Positions 1-10,209 of a DNA stretch of 64,000 nt are shown in pieces. Under the pieces are notes generated by a model. It saw only the letters and a list, made by a program, of their open reading frames with translations, was not told the origin of the DNA and searched no databases. The stretch's first letter is position 1. Every line of letters begins with the position of its first letter. Position numbers and translations under genes: made by a program. Source of the stretch: Candidatus Uhrbacteria bacterium (GTDB lineage: Bacteria; Patescibacteriota; Patescibacteriia; UBA9934; GWF2-40-263); NCBI GenBank assembly GCA_037131775.1, contig JBAXQK010000004.1:11054-75053 (forward strand). The letters are read 5' to 3'.

Positions 1-1
1 G

Positions 2-1702
2 ACCGAGACGTGGAACCGCGACTCGGGGGCGTTCGTGTCGATGTACACGTACGTTCCGAAGTACCGCGTGAGCGCGTTTCAGGACGCGACCTGGATCTCG
101 GCGTCCCAGCCGGCGCGACTGACGGAATCCTCGGTAAAGCCGGGCGAGGTTGGTCATGTCAGCTTCAAGCTCCGCGCGCCGTCCGCGAAGGGCGCGTATG
201 CCGAGGCGTTCAAGCTCGCGGCCGAGGACGTGGCATGGATTCCGGGCGGAGACGTGACGGTGAACGTGTCGGTCGGCGGAATTGCCTCGGCCCCGGTCGC
301 CGCCGTCCCGGTTCCGACGACGAGTCCCGTGGTTCCGCCAACGCCGAGCGTCGGCGGCTCGTCTCCGGCGACGACGGTCCCGTCGGGCCTTTCCGCGGTT
401 CTTCTCCTTCGTTCCGCAAAGAAAGTAACGGCGCAGGCAAACGAGCAGATTTCCTTTACGCTTGGGATCAAGAACTCCGGAACCGTGCCCTGGGCGAAGC
501 GAGAGCTGTATTCCCGCGACGTACAGGCGGCAAGCGCGGCAAACTCGACCCCCGCGACCCTCGTCGTCTCAAAGTCGACGGACACGGTGCTTCCAGGATC
601 GATGGACCTGATGGACTTTACGTTCCGCGCGCCAAGCACGAAGGGAACGCACACCATCTCGTACTCGATGGTCGTGGACGGAAATGAAATCCCGAACTTT
701 CAGATCGACATCCCGGTGGAGGTGACGTCGAGCGCACCGGACGTCTACGTCCCGCCGAAAAGGAACGCGTCCCCGAGCGCGTCCGCCGGAAGCGGTTCCG
801 GAGGAATCATCGAGGGAGACAAGGTCGCGGAGCCTACGCTGCGGGTCGCCATCCTGACGGTCGATGACGAGACGGACAACAAGGTGGACGTTTCGTGCGA
901 GACCTCGTGGAAGCTGTTCGACGGCGACCGGGGGTTGCTCGCCGAGCTGAAGAAGGGCGAGTCGGTCGAGGCGTTCTACAAGAAGAATCGCTATTGGTAC
1001 AACCGTGGGAAGGGGCTTGAGAAGACGTCGTCCTTTCTCCGGTTCGTTCCCGACGAGGCGAACGCGGTGTGCAAGATCGAGAACTTCGATCGGACCGTGA
1101 CGCGCGGGTCCGACCACCCATACAACGAGTTCCGCAACGTCCTCGAGCTTCGCTACAATTCCGCGAAGGACCGGACCTGGGTCATCAACGAGCTGCCGAT
1201 GGAGCTCTACCTCCGCGGACTGGGCGAGACGTCGAACATTTCCCACCCGGAGTTTCAAAAGACGCTCCTGACGATCGCGAGGACGTACGCGTTCTCGATG
1301 TGGACGCACAAGAAAAAGCACGCCGACGAGTACTATGACATCTCGTCGTATGCCGATGACCAGGTGTATCGCGGCTACGGCCAGGAAAAGATCACCCCGA
1401 ACATCACGGCCGGCGTCCAGGCCACGGCCGGCGTCATTGTCACCTACCAGGGTGACACGGCCATTACCCCGTACTTCTCGCGCTCCGACGGCAAGACTCG
1501 CGCCTGGGGCGACGTCTGGTACGGCGACGTCGACTATCTCAAGAGCGTCCCGTGCCCGTGCGACAAGGGCAAGACCCTCTGGGGCCACGGCGTTGGAATG
1601 TCGGCCTCCGAGGCGCTGTGCCAGGCGAACGGGGGCAAGCAGTGGGGCGATATCATCCGTTACTTTTACTCCGGAGTGGATCTGACGAAGAGGTGGAAGT
1701 GA
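2..1702 (+). CDS. SpoIID/LytB domain protein (5' partial, runs off the window edge)
   Basis: C-terminal ~250 aa match the SpoIID/LytB amidase-enhancer domain (LYLRGLGETSN, YGQEKITPN, QATAGVIVTYQGD...YFSRSDGKT, GHGVGMS). There is no in-frame stop between nt 2 and the first listed start at 35. Confidence 0.75.
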   Translation, partial: TETWNRDSGAFVSMYTYVPKYRVSAFQDATWISASQPARLTESSVKPGEVGHVSFKLRAPSAKGAYAEAFKLAAEDVAWIPGGDVTVNVSVGGIASAPVAAVPVPTTSPVVPPTPSVGGSSPATTVPSGLSAVLLLRSAKKVTAQANEQISFTLGIKNSGTVPWAKRELYSRDVQAASAANSTPATLVVSKSTDTVLPGSMDLMDFTFRAPSTKGTHTISYSMVVDGNEIPNFQIDIPVEVTSSAPDVYVPPKRNASPSASAGSGSGGIIEGDKVAEPTLRVAILTVDDETDNKVDVSCETSWKLFDGDRGLLAELKKGESVEAFYKKNRYWYNRGKGLEKTSSFLRFVPDEANAVCKIENFDRTVTRGSDHPYNEFRNVLELRYNSAKDRTWVINELPMELYLRGLGETSNISHPEFQKTLLTIARTYAFSMWTHKKKHADEYYDISSYADDQVYRGYGQEKITPNITAGVQATAGVIVTYQGDTAITPYFSRSDGKTRAWGDVWYGDVDYLKSVPCPCDKGKTLWGHGVGMSASEALCQANGGKQWGDIIRYFYSGVDLTKRWK

Positions 1703-1767
1703 CGAGTGGATACGAACCTACTAACTGGCTGCGTAACTACAAAACTACGAATATCAAGAAATTACTG

Positions 1768-2790
1768 ATGTCGATCGTCATTGGTTCCGCGGTATTCCCC
1801 GCGACGGCTTTTGCCGCCCCAAACTTAGCCCTCCTCTCCGTCTATTCGTCTCGCGCCGACCTTCGGAAGGCGTTCGACAAGGCGGACAGTTACCAGGCGG
1901 CGGGACCGGGCGCCGGATTCCTCATCGACCTTGAGGATTGGGCGCGGCAGTACGGCTGGAGGGAGTACGCGTCGCTGTCGGCCTACGCGCCCGTATCGAC
2001 GCCTCCATCCCAGGTCGGGCACGCGGTTCCGCCGAAGACGACCGCCACCTCGTACGTCGTCATCGACAAATCGAGCGGAATCGTCCTTGCCGCGTCGCAC
2101 GCCGACACGGTCTGGCCGATCGCCTCGCTGACCAAGCTGATGACGTCGCAGATCGTGCTCGACTCGGGAACGAAGCTCACCAAGGTGTTTCCGGTGAAGA
2201 CCGAGGACGACGTGGGCGGGGCGAAGCTGTACGTCTCGAACGGGGACACCTTCACGCTCGACGGGCTGCTGTACGCGACGCTCGTCGGCTCGGCCAACAA
2301 CGCGGCGAACGCGATCACGCGCGCGACGGGGAAGAGCAAGCCCGACTTCGTAAAGGAAATGAACGCGCGCGCCGCGGCGCTCAACCTCGGGCGGACCAAG
2401 TACGTGGATCCGACCGGGATCGAGACCGGCAACGTGTCGACCGCCCGCGAGCTCGCGCTCGTCGCGGGAAACGCATTCTCTCGTCCCGACATCAAGCGGT
2501 ACACGACCACCGCGAAGGCGTCGATCAGCGTGCTCTCCCAGGGAACCGTGAAGACGATCAAGAACACCAACTGGATGCTCTGGAAGCCGCAGTACGACCA
2601 TGTTATCGTGACGGGAGGGAAGACCGGCTATCTCGTCGAGTCCGGATGGAACCTGGCCGTGGCGCTCCGTCCGAGCGCGAAGAACGAGAAGAGCGAGCTA
2701 CTCGTTGTCCTGTTCGGGGCCGAGTCCCGCGCGGCGTCGTTCGAGGACGCGGACGCGCTCTCCTCCTGGGCATGGAAGAACTTCAAGTGA
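1768..2790 (+). CDS. D-alanyl-D-alanine carboxypeptidase (serine-type, PBP5/6 family)
   Basis: ATG at 1768 inside ORF 1552..2790, signal peptide, SxxK (ASLTKLMT), SNG (YVSNGD) and KTG (GGKTGY) motifs. Confidence 0.85.
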   Translation: MSIVIGSAVFPATAFAAPNLALLSVYSSRADLRKAFDKADSYQAAGPGAGFLIDLEDWARQYGWREYASLSAYAPVSTPPSQVGHAVPPKTTATSYVVIDKSSGIVLAASHADTVWPIASLTKLMTSQIVLDSGTKLTKVFPVKTEDDVGGAKLYVSNGDTFTLDGLLYATLVGSANNAANAITRATGKSKPDFVKEMNARAAALNLGRTKYVDPTGIETGNVSTARELALVAGNAFSRPDIKRYTTTAKASISVLSQGTVKTIKNTNWMLWKPQYDHVIVTGGKTGYLVESGWNLAVALRPSAKNEKSELLVVLFGAESRAASFEDADALSSWAWKNFK

Positions 2791-2833
2791 CCGAAAGCGA
2801 CTCCCGATCGGGAGTCGCTTTCGGTCGTTTCGC

Positions 2834-3412
2834 CTAGATCGTCTTCGTTCCGTCCGCCATTGCCGCGACGATGTTCTTCGCGTGCGTTTCCTTGTACTCC
2901 TCCACCATCTTGTTGATGATCTCCTTCACCTTTTCCGGATGGTCGATGCTCTTGAACTCGAACCGCTCGTGCTCGGCCGCGGTCTGCACGTACACGTCGC
3001 CGAAGTCGAAGAACGTGCCGACCATCCCGTACACCTCGCTCGTCACGTCCTGGACGGCGGCCAGGTGCAGCTCGGACGCGACCCGGTTGAACAGTCCCTT
3101 CTGCTCGATGTTGATGATGCGGTCGTTCGTGATGACCCAGGTGTCTAGGTAGTAGTCGGTGAACTCCAGGAAGCTGAACAGCCAAAGGCACAGCACGTAC
3201 ATGCTGGCGAACATCATGATGATCGGCCCGAAGATCGGGTGCTGGAGCCAGACGCCGACCCGGTCCCAGAAGAAGATCGCGATCCCCGTGGGTACGGCGA
3301 TCATGAACGCGAATGCGACGATGATCGCCGCCCAGGCGAACCACTGGCGGCGCAGGAACATCACCACGTGCTCGTCCGGCTTTTGGTTCGGCAGTTGCTT
3401 GAGGTCGTACAT
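2834..3412 (-). CDS. bacterial PH-domain membrane protein (YdbS/YdbT-like)
   Basis: 192 aa ORF with two N-terminal TM helices followed by a bPH-like domain. Confidence 0.55.
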   Translation of the reverse strand: MYDLKQLPNQKPDEHVVMFLRRQWFAWAAIIVAFAFMIAVPTGIAIFFWDRVGVWLQHPIFGPIIMMFASMYVLCLWLFSFLEFTDYYLDTWVITNDRIINIEQKGLFNRVASELHLAAVQDVTSEVYGMVGTFFDFGDVYVQTAAEHERFEFKSIDHPEKVKEIINKMVEEYKETHAKNIVAAMADGTKTI

Positions 3413-3415
3413 AGG

Positions 3416-3709
3416 CTATTTTCCTGGGAAAAACTGCTTGGTGCTTGCCGTCTGCCGGAGAAGGTCGGAAACGGAGATGGACGCGGACCAGTCGTACGGC
3501 GCCAGCAGGAAGACGGTCGCCCCCACGAGCAGGACGGTTCCCCCGGCGAACAGCGCGGTGACGGCGTACAGTCCCGTGCTCGCCGTACCGAACCGAACGA
3601 GGTGGTACAGGTTGAAGAGGCTATACAACGAGAAGACGGCGAGGAACAGCCCGTAGGCGCCCAGGAACGTCCACATGGGAATGGCGAGGTTTGTGATGTC
3701 GAAAGGCAT
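3416..3709 (-). CDS. small hypothetical membrane protein
   Basis: 97 aa, three predicted TM segments, abuts the PH-domain gene. Confidence 0.5.
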   Translation of the reverse strand: MPFDITNLAIPMWTFLGAYGLFLAVFSLYSLFNLYHLVRFGTASTGLYAVTALFAGGTVLLVGATVFLLAPYDWSASISVSDLLRQTASTKQFFPGK

Positions 3710-3724
3710 ATCCCGATGATTTTA

Positions 3725-4759
3725 TCACGAATCGCGGTTTAGCGGGACGTCGTACCCGAGGTGCCGGTACGCCGCGTCCGTCGCGACCCGTCCGCGCGGG
3801 GTCCGGGCCAGGAATCCGAGCTGAAGCAGGAACGGCTCGTATACGTCCTCGATGGTGTCGATCTCCTCCTGGGTCGAGGCCGCGAGCGTGGAGAGGCCGA
3901 CCGGGCCGCCGTTGAACTTCTCGATGATGGTCGCGAGCAGGCGTCGGTCGACGTCGTCGAGGCCGTGCGCGTCCACGTTGAGCATCTTGAGCGCGTCGGC
4001 GGCGACGGACGTGGAGATCCTTCCGTCGGCGCGTACGTCGGCGAAGTCTCGGACGCGGCGGAGGAGGCGGTTGGCGATGCGCGGGGTTCGGCGCGAGCGC
4101 CCGGCGAGCAGGTCGACCGCGTCCGCGTCCGTCTCGACGTTGAGCAACTTCGCGCTCCGGGCGACGATCTTGCCGATGTCGTCGTGATCGTAGAAGTTGA
4201 GGTGGTACGTCATACCGAACCGGTCGCGCAGCGGGGAAGAGAGGAGCGAGAGCCGCGTGGTCGCGCCGATGATCGTGAACTTCTCGAGGTTGAGCCGCAG
4301 CGTCCGCGCGGTCGGTCCCTTGCCCACGATGATATCGAGCGCGTAGTCCTCCATGGCGGGATACAGGATCTCCTCGATCGTCCGGTTCATGCGGTGGATC
4401 TCGTCTATGAACAGCACGTCGCCCTTCTGCATGTTGGAAAGGATCGCCGCCAGGTCGCCGACCTTCTCAAGCGCCGGCCCGGACGTGATCCGGATCTGCG
4501 CCCCCAGCTCGTTCGCGATGATCGACGCGAGCGTGGTCTTCCCGAGCCCCGGGTTTCCATAGAGGAGGACGTGTTCCAAGGGCTCGTCTCGCTTCTTCGC
4601 CGCCTCGATCACGATGTTCAGGTTTTCCTTCAATGCCTCCTGCCCAACGAATTCGGCCAGCGACTTCGGCCTCAAACCCACCTCAAACTCACGCTCGGGG
4701 CCAGCCGCCGCGTCCGTCACGACCCGCTCCGGAACGTCCATTTCATCGCGCTCGATCAT
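3725..4759 (-). CDS. ruvB: Holliday junction DNA helicase RuvB
   Basis: Walker [14 protein letters not shown], Walker B LFIDEIHR and full-length similarity to RuvB. Confidence 0.92.
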   Translation of the reverse strand: MIERDEMDVPERVVTDAAAGPEREFEVGLRPKSLAEFVGQEALKENLNIVIEAAKKRDEPLEHVLLYGNPGLGKTTLASIIANELGAQIRITSGPALEKVGDLAAILSNMQKGDVLFIDEIHRMNRTIEEILYPAMEDYALDIIVGKGPTARTLRLNLEKFTIIGATTRLSLLSSPLRDRFGMTYHLNFYDHDDIGKIVARSAKLLNVETDADAVDLLAGRSRRTPRIANRLLRRVRDFADVRADGRISTSVAADALKMLNVDAHGLDDVDRRLLATIIEKFNGGPVGLSTLAASTQEEIDTIEDVYEPFLLQLGFLARTPRGRVATDAAYRHLGYDVPLNRDS

Positions 4760-4842
4760 ACGCTGGCATTATACATGATCGACGGTTCTTGTGGTGCGCA
4801 AACGAAAATCCCCGGCAATTGCCGGGGATTTTGAATGCGTGC

Positions 4843-5079
4843 CTATTTCGCGCAACACTTGCACATTCCGACGCACATCTTCTTCATGCCGAGGACGATG
4901 AGCAAAATCGGCCAGACGATTCCGACCGTCTGCGCGCTGACGTAGCCCAGGTTGCCGAGCAGGAACGTGACGCCGATGATCACGACGATGAGCGGAATGA
5001 CCTTGTGGCACTTGCACTTGGACGCGCACTCCTTGGACCCTTCGAACATACGGTTTGTATGAGTGAATAATGGTTCCAT
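4843..5079 (-). CDS. small Cys-rich membrane protein (78 aa)
   Basis: ATG at 5077-5079 inside the longer ORF 4843..5733. CKCHK and CVGMCKCC motifs flank two TM helices. Confidence 0.5.
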   Translation of the reverse strand: MEPLFTHTNRMFEGSKECASKCKCHKVIPLIVVIIGVTFLLGNLGYVSAQTVGIVWPILLIVLGMKKMCVGMCKCCAK

Positions 5080-5202
5080 GGTAGCACGGGCAGTTGACAA
5101 AAGCACCTTTTTTGTCCGGAAATTGAAGGAATGCTCTCGTTTGTAACGCGGGACGACTTCGAGCGTTGAACAGGTGCATTTTAAACTCATGAAAACTTCC
5201 AT

Positions 5203-5715
5203 ATGACCCATCGATTCCGAACGGTTGCAATCATTCTTGTCGTAATCCTGACCACGGCTGGCATCGCGCTCAGTGTCAGGCAGCAGCTGTCGAGCCAAGC
5301 GTCCCAACCTGCCGCGAATGCGCTTGAAACGGACGAGGAAAGCGTCGCGGGCGCGAAGGGCGCAGTGATCGATTTCCTCACGGCGTTGCATGACAAGCGG
5401 TACGCGGAGGCGGAAACGTTTTATGGGTCGGACTACGGGCTTCTCTGGAACTGGAATCCGACGGTCGAGTCGAGCGACCACGCGGCGCTGTGGAAAAACG
5501 GGTGCGAGATGAACGGCCTCGTCTGTCTGGAGATTCGCAACCTTGCCGTCGCGGAGCACCCGGACGCGAAGACGTACGTGGTAAACGTCTGGCTCTCGAA
5601 CGCGGACAAGACGGAGTTTACGACGGAATTCGGGCAGACGATGTTCCCGTTCACGGTCGCGAAGCTCGACAATGGAACGTTCGAGGTTCAGACGATGCCG
5701 CCATACCAGGAGTAA
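5203..5715 (+). CDS. hypothetical membrane-anchored/secreted protein
   Basis: 170 aa with an N-terminal TM/signal segment and a hairpin terminator downstream. Confidence 0.55.
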   Translation: MTHRFRTVAIILVVILTTAGIALSVRQQLSSQASQPAANALETDEESVAGAKGAVIDFLTALHDKRYAEAETFYGSDYGLLWNWNPTVESSDHAALWKNGCEMNGLVCLEIRNLAVAEHPDAKTYVVNVWLSNADKTEFTTEFGQTMFPFTVAKLDNGTFEVQTMPPYQE

Positions 5716-5718
5716 TGA

Positions 5719-5757
5719 AAACGCGTTCGTCACCTGGTGACGAACGCGTTTTTTTTG
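5719..5757. terminator. bidirectional intrinsic terminator
   Basis: Perfect inverted repeat aaacgcgttcgtcacc/ggtgacgaacgcgttt followed by T7, lying between convergent genes 5203..5715(+) and 5759..6550(-). Confidence 0.7.
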
Positions 5758-5758
5758 C

Positions 5759-6550
5759 TCACGTAGGTATCCCGTCCTTCGCCATGCGGATCGTCGAAAC
5801 CGCGTAGTACCAGAGCGAATCCTCCTCGCCGCTCATGACGCGCTTCCATGTCTTCGAGAAGACATTTGCGTGCATCTGCTCTCCGCCGGCCCTCGGGATC
5901 TCGACCATGAGCGTCCCGTCGTTCATGGTCCATGCCCCTCCCGTTTCCCGCGCGATGATGTCGCCGAGGTACGCGCCGAAGGTACAGACGACGGTTTGCA
6001 TTGCCTGTGGCTTTCGCTCGCCCCATGCGCTCGAGATCGTCGCGTCGATGTCCCGGAGCGACCCGACGGACCCGTCGTACTCCTTTTGGAAGATCTGGCG
6101 CGATGTCGAGAGGAACGTTCTGTTCCACTCGGCGAGCATCTCTCGTTCCTGCGGAGAGATCCGTCGGCTGTTCGGGATCCAGACGGGATACAGCCCGCTC
6201 ATGGGCGCTCTGCCCGTCTCATCGGGATTCATCGCAACTTCGACGCGGATGCGCGGCACGGACGACCCGTTCCGATCGGGTACGTCGCCTTCCTCGCGGA
6301 TGGCGGTCGCCTCCCATCGCGTCGTACGAAAGACGTCTCGCATGACGCGCTCGAGGACGGCCCCGAGCGTCTCGCCCGGCTGGATCTTGTCCGCGTAGCA
6401 CCGGGGCAACGCGTCCCGCGACGGTTCCGCGGATTCGAACAGCTCAAGCCTCCACTCGAGCGGAAACGGGATCTTCTCGTTCGCCGTGTGTCCGATCGGC
6501 TGGATCGCAAGGAATGTCTTTCGAGTGACGGGGGCGGTTGGGTCGAACAT
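5759..6550 (-). CDS. hypothetical protein
   Basis: ATG at 6548-6550 (MFDPTAPV) inside ORF 5759..6667. Upstream part of that ORF is an Arg-rich artefact. Moderate confidence it is coding. Confidence 0.5.
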   Translation of the reverse strand: MFDPTAPVTRKTFLAIQPIGHTANEKIPFPLEWRLELFESAEPSRDALPRCYADKIQPGETLGAVLERVMRDVFRTTRWEATAIREEGDVPDRNGSSVPRIRVEVAMNPDETGRAPMSGLYPVWIPNSRRISPQEREMLAEWNRTFLSTSRQIFQKEYDGSVGSLRDIDATISSAWGERKPQAMQTVVCTFGAYLGDIIARETGGAWTMNDGTLMVEIPRAGGEQMHANVFSKTWKRVMSGEEDSLWYYAVSTIRMAKDGIPT

Positions 6551-6572
6551 AGCTTGCGGGAGCAAAAAGTTT

Positions 6573-6812
6573 CTATTCCATCTTCGTGATTCGCGCGTCC
6601 AGCAGCGACGGATCGATTCCGAACGATTGGAGTGCCTGGCCAAAGAGGAGCACGAGGATGGACGCAATGACCGACGCCCCGAGCGCCGTCCCGATCCCGA
6701 ACAGGAGTCCCATCAGGAACTTTTTTCGCAACGAATTTTGAAGTTCCATCGCGTCAGCCACGCGCGCGATTTCGTTCGCGAGCCGGTCGGAGTCGTGTTT
6801 CTGTGAGGACAT
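6573..6812 (-). CDS. small hypothetical membrane protein
   Basis: 79 aa with a C-terminal TM helix. Confidence 0.45.
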   Translation of the reverse strand: MSSQKHDSDRLANEIARVADAMELQNSLRKKFLMGLLFGIGTALGASVIASILVLLFGQALQSFGIDPSLLDARITKME

Positions 6813-6821
6813 AGGCGCAAG

Positions 6822-7718
6822 TTATGTTTCTCCGCGTAACAGCCTCGTCAGTTTCTCCGGCACCATCGGGACGGGGATGTTATTTTCGTCGAGCACGCCG
6901 CACGTGATGAACTCACCCTTATAATACCAGTAGACGAACGGACTCACCGCTCCGGGGGATGACGTGTGCTCCTTCCAGGCGTATGGGCCGAGAATCTCGT
7001 AGACGCGGCCGGACTCGAACCCTTCGATCGGATGGACGACGAGGCGATTGCGGTTCGGGACGACCACGAGCGCGCCGAACGGTCCGACCCATTCCTGGCC
7101 GTCGGCGATGCGGAGGGCGAGGGTCGAGGCGAACACGTCGCCGTCAAAGAAGTAGGTGGTCTGTCCTGGCTTCTCGCGGTCGACGTCGGTCGGGACCATC
7201 GGCCGCTTGCGGAGATTGTCCATCGCGACGGAGAAGATTTCCGCGTCGGTTTTTCCCCAGGTCTTCGCATGCGTCCGGTTGACGTGCGTCGTGGAGGTCG
7301 GCATGTCGAACACCACGTACGTCTTCGTCCCTTCCAGGTCGTTGCGCGCGTAAAAGTCCTCCTGGTGGTACCCGAGCAGCTTGCTCTTCCCGTAGAGACG
7401 CGGCATCAGGATGTCCCGCACGTCCTCGAAGCGCTGCGAAAGGCGCGTCAGGCTGTCTCCTTCCTCCACGGCAAGCCGAATCTGCCGGAAGTGCTCCGCG
7501 ACCGTCGCCTTCCACGTTTCCTCCCCGTCCTTCGCGCACGCCGCCGCCACGTTGTACAGCCCGAACGGCCGTTCCTTGTCGCCGTCCACGGTTGCCATGC
7601 CATCGACGATCTCGACCGCCTTGCCGTGAGCCGCGAAGTCCGCCACGACGAGCGCGCAGAACCGCTCGTACTGCGCGTCGTCCATGAATTTGAAGTCGGG
7701 AGGTCGGGTCGATGCCAT
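6822..7718 (-). CDS. hypothetical protein
   Basis: ATG at 7716-7718 (MASTRPPDF). The 5' extension of ORF 6822..8174 is low-complexity and Arg-rich. Confidence 0.5.
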   Translation of the reverse strand: MASTRPPDFKFMDDAQYERFCALVVADFAAHGKAVEIVDGMATVDGDKERPFGLYNVAAACAKDGEETWKATVAEHFRQIRLAVEEGDSLTRLSQRFEDVRDILMPRLYGKSKLLGYHQEDFYARNDLEGTKTYVVFDMPTSTTHVNRTHAKTWGKTDAEIFSVAMDNLRKRPMVPTDVDREKPGQTTYFFDGDVFASTLALRIADGQEWVGPFGALVVVPNRNRLVVHPIEGFESGRVYEILGPYAWKEHTSSPGAVSPFVYWYYKGEFITCGVLDENNIPVPMVPEKLTRLLRGET

Positions 7719-7873
7719 AGGGATTTCGTAAGGATGGATTTTGCCGTCGATTATACCAGGGCAGCCGCACGACTGCGCGGAACGTGCAATAGTCCGGGTC
7801 ATTGACCGAAGGGTCGGAACACGGTAGGTTGCTCGGATGGACAATTCGTCCCTCTTTTTTCGGAGACCTTCCC

Positions 7874-8242
7874 ATGCTGGCCGACAAACCGTTCCTTCTC
7901 GTTCTCGACGACCTTCTGCGTCCGCATTCCACCGCGGAATCGCCGCTCGATTGCTGCCGCGCGCGCGGGGAGTTTCTTGGCGTGTCGCATTCGCAGATGC
8001 ATCGGATTCAACGAGGACTCGTTCCTCTGTCGGCAAAGATGGCGCGCAGATTCGCCTCTCGGATCGGCCGGACGCAGGCGGAGCGCGATCAAGTCTGCGC
8101 GGATCTTCTGCCCTTCGTGACCAATCCTTGCGACGATGCGCTTCGGCGAGTGAGGATGTGCCTCGAAGCGGCACGCCTCCAGAGTGGGGCGACTCTCAAG
8201 GTCGGCGGGCGCTCCAAGCCGCCGTACGACCTGATGCTCTAG
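7874..8242 (+). CDS. XRE-like helix-turn-helix DNA-binding protein
   Basis: ATG at 7874. HTH signature GVSHSQMHRIQRG...SAKMARRFA. Confidence 0.45.
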   Translation: MLADKPFLLVLDDLLRPHSTAESPLDCCRARGEFLGVSHSQMHRIQRGLVPLSAKMARRFASRIGRTQAERDQVCADLLPFVTNPCDDALRRVRMCLEAARLQSGATLKVGGRSKPPYDLML

Positions 8243-8296
8243 CACCTTGCCGCGTTTTGTCCTTCGGGATAAGCGCGGATTTTTTTTGTGGTCGGA

Positions 8297-8572
8297 TTAT
8301 TTCCGATGAAGATGATTCTTTATCCATCGGTCCTTGAGGACCGGGAGCGTCTGCGTCGAGAGCAAGAACCCTACGGTCGGGATAAGTGCATTGAAAACCG
8401 GATTGCGCACGCCGATAAGGAACAGCGCCGTCGCCGCGACGACGTACGTGATCGCGCAGATGGAAACGATTCGGAACGAGCTTGTCTCCCACGACTTGTC
8501 GACCTCGACGCGACCGTTCCTTCGTTCGATCTCCGTCAGTCGTTCCTCGATGCGTTGAATGCGTTCGTCCAT
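8297..8572 (-). CDS. small hypothetical membrane protein
   Basis: 91 aa with two TM helices. Confidence 0.45.
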   Translation of the reverse strand: MDERIQRIEERLTEIERRNGRVEVDKSWETSSFRIVSICAITYVVAATALFLIGVRNPVFNALIPTVGFLLSTQTLPVLKDRWIKNHLHRK

Positions 8573-8599
8573 ATGATGACAGTCTATCAGATCAATCGC

Positions 8600-8639
8600 G
8601 GGCAGGATTCGAACCTACGATATCCGCGATAACAGCGCG
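8600..8639 (-). repeat. 40-nt copy of the anticodon-arm to T-arm part of tRNA-Asn (38/40 identical to 12701..12740)
   Basis: gggcaggattcgaacct[a/g]cgatatccgcg[a/t]taacagcgcg. No acceptor pairing partner, so it is not a functional tRNA. Confidence 0.7.
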
Positions 8640-8657
8640 TCGCTCTCTGATTGCTCG

Positions 8658-9656
8658 TTATGATTTGCTTTTTGCCAGCAGCCGGCACACGAGCCACACC
8701 AGCTTTCCCTTGTCCTTCGGGTCGCTCTCCGCGATGAGCAGCGTAAGCGCGGTCAGCGCTTCCGGTGACATGCGGGTCGGGTCGAGGCGCTTGGCGCGGC
8801 GGAGGAACCACACGAACGCGAACGCGGCGCTGCGCTTGTTGCCGTCGGCGAGGACGTGGTTCTTCACGACGAAGTAGAGCAGATGCGCCGCCTTTTCCTC
8901 GACGGTCGGATACACCGGCTTCCCGCCGAACGACTGCATGACGCTCCCAACGATCCCGCCGATCCCGTCGCGCACGCGCTCCTGTCCGAACAGCTCGGTC
9001 GCCTGGCCCTTCTCGACGAGGGCTCCCTTGAACACGACAAGCGCCGCGCGCAGTCCGTCCGCGGTGAGCGCGACGACCTTTTTCGTCGATCCCTTCATCG
9101 CCAGCTCGTCCTTGTCGTACGCGTCCAGCGACATCCATGTGTCCGCGAACGCGCGCACGAGTTCGAGGACGCTTGATGCGTCGACGGTGCCATTCGCCGG
9201 GACGAGCGCCTTGATGTCGTCCACGGCTTTGAGGAACTCGGCGTAGTGCGCGGAGATTCGGGCGGGGTTGATGGTGTAGCCCTGGGTGATGTGGGCGCGG
9301 AGGACGCCGGTGGACCACTTGCGGAACTCGACGGCCGCCTTGGAATTTGCGCGATAGCCAACCGCCAGGATGATGTCCAGGGAGTAATGGGCAACCGGTT
9401 TGTCCGAATTTGCAATGTGCATTTTTTGCACATTGCTTTTCTCCGCGACCTCGCCACTGTGAAAGACATTGTTGACGTGCTTGGTAACGACGGAGCGTTC
9501 AACCCCAAAAACCTGGGCAATTTGCGCCTGCGTAGCCCAAATCGTCTCGTTCGCCGCGTCCGCCCGCAGCTCAATCGCCCCAGTCTTCGCCTGATACACG
9601 GCCAGTTGGTTCGTCGCGCTTCGGCTCTGTTTCATACCCATACAGTCTACCTGCAT
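8658..9656 (-). CDS. RhuM-family virulence protein with Fic/Doc domain
   Basis: N-terminal region aligns to the RhuM family (KTGAIELRAD...WATQAQIAQVFGV...AVGYRANSK...FRKWSTGVL). C-terminal Doc/Fic motif is HVLADGNKRSA. Alternative starts at the internal Met codons (MGMKQ...). Confidence 0.75.
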   Translation of the reverse strand: MQVDCMGMKQSRSATNQLAVYQAKTGAIELRADAANETIWATQAQIAQVFGVERSVVTKHVNNVFHSGEVAEKSNVQKMHIANSDKPVAHYSLDIILAVGYRANSKAAVEFRKWSTGVLRAHITQGYTINPARISAHYAEFLKAVDDIKALVPANGTVDASSVLELVRAFADTWMSLDAYDKDELAMKGSTKKVVALTADGLRAALVVFKGALVEKGQATELFGQERVRDGIGGIVGSVMQSFGGKPVYPTVEEKAAHLLYFVVKNHVLADGNKRSAAFAFVWFLRRAKRLDPTRMSPEALTALTLLIAESDPKDKGKLVWLVCRLLAKSKS

Positions 9657-9724
9657 TCCACGCGGATTTCCAACGAAAAAACCAGCTGCTTGGCTGATTC
9701 CTTGGATTTTACAATTAATTCTTT

Positions 9725-10057
9725 CTACGCCACGATTCGCTTCAGCGCCTCCGTCGTCGCGTCGTGCAGCGCGTACTCGAACCGTCCGACGTCTCGGGAC
9801 GAGTAGGCCGGAATCCCGTCGCGGATTGCCGGACGCGCAAGGCCGACGGACTCGCGCATGTCCTCTCCCTGTTCCAGCTCTTCCTGCGTAAGGCGCCGCA
9901 CCGATGTCGCGTCGATGCAGACCCCACCGTCATTCTCGTAGTTGAACCCAACCTTCATCGTGAACTGCTTGCGAAGATCCGGCGGAACCACAGCGATGGC
10001 CGCCTGCAGATACTCGCAGAATTCATCGTACGTCTTCTTGAAGAACACGGTGCGCAT
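9725..10057 (-). CDS. hypothetical protein
   Basis: 110 aa ORF upstream of the RhuM gene with normal composition. Confidence 0.4.
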   Translation of the reverse strand: MRTVFFKKTYDEFCEYLQAAIAVVPPDLRKQFTMKVGFNYENDGGVCIDATSVRRLTQEELEQGEDMRESVGLARPAIRDGIPAYSSRDVGRFEYALHDATTEALKRIVA

Positions 10058-10209
10058 CGCAAGCTCGGTCTTTCCGTCGTCCGAAGCCGCGCGGAATTCA
10101 AAATGCGTGGTCTCGCATTCGTTCTCCGCGAACGTGGACGCGATCGCCCCTGGACAAAAGACAACCCGAATAAAAAACCCGCGGGGCCAGGTGGCCTGCG
10201 GGAGCGATG

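Noticed and set aside
8596-8660. A second functional tRNA-Asn at 8596..8670.
   Set aside because: Only the anticodon-arm to T-arm segment is conserved. The 5' and 3' flanks cannot form an acceptor stem and no D-arm is recognisable, so this is a tRNA fragment or att remnant.
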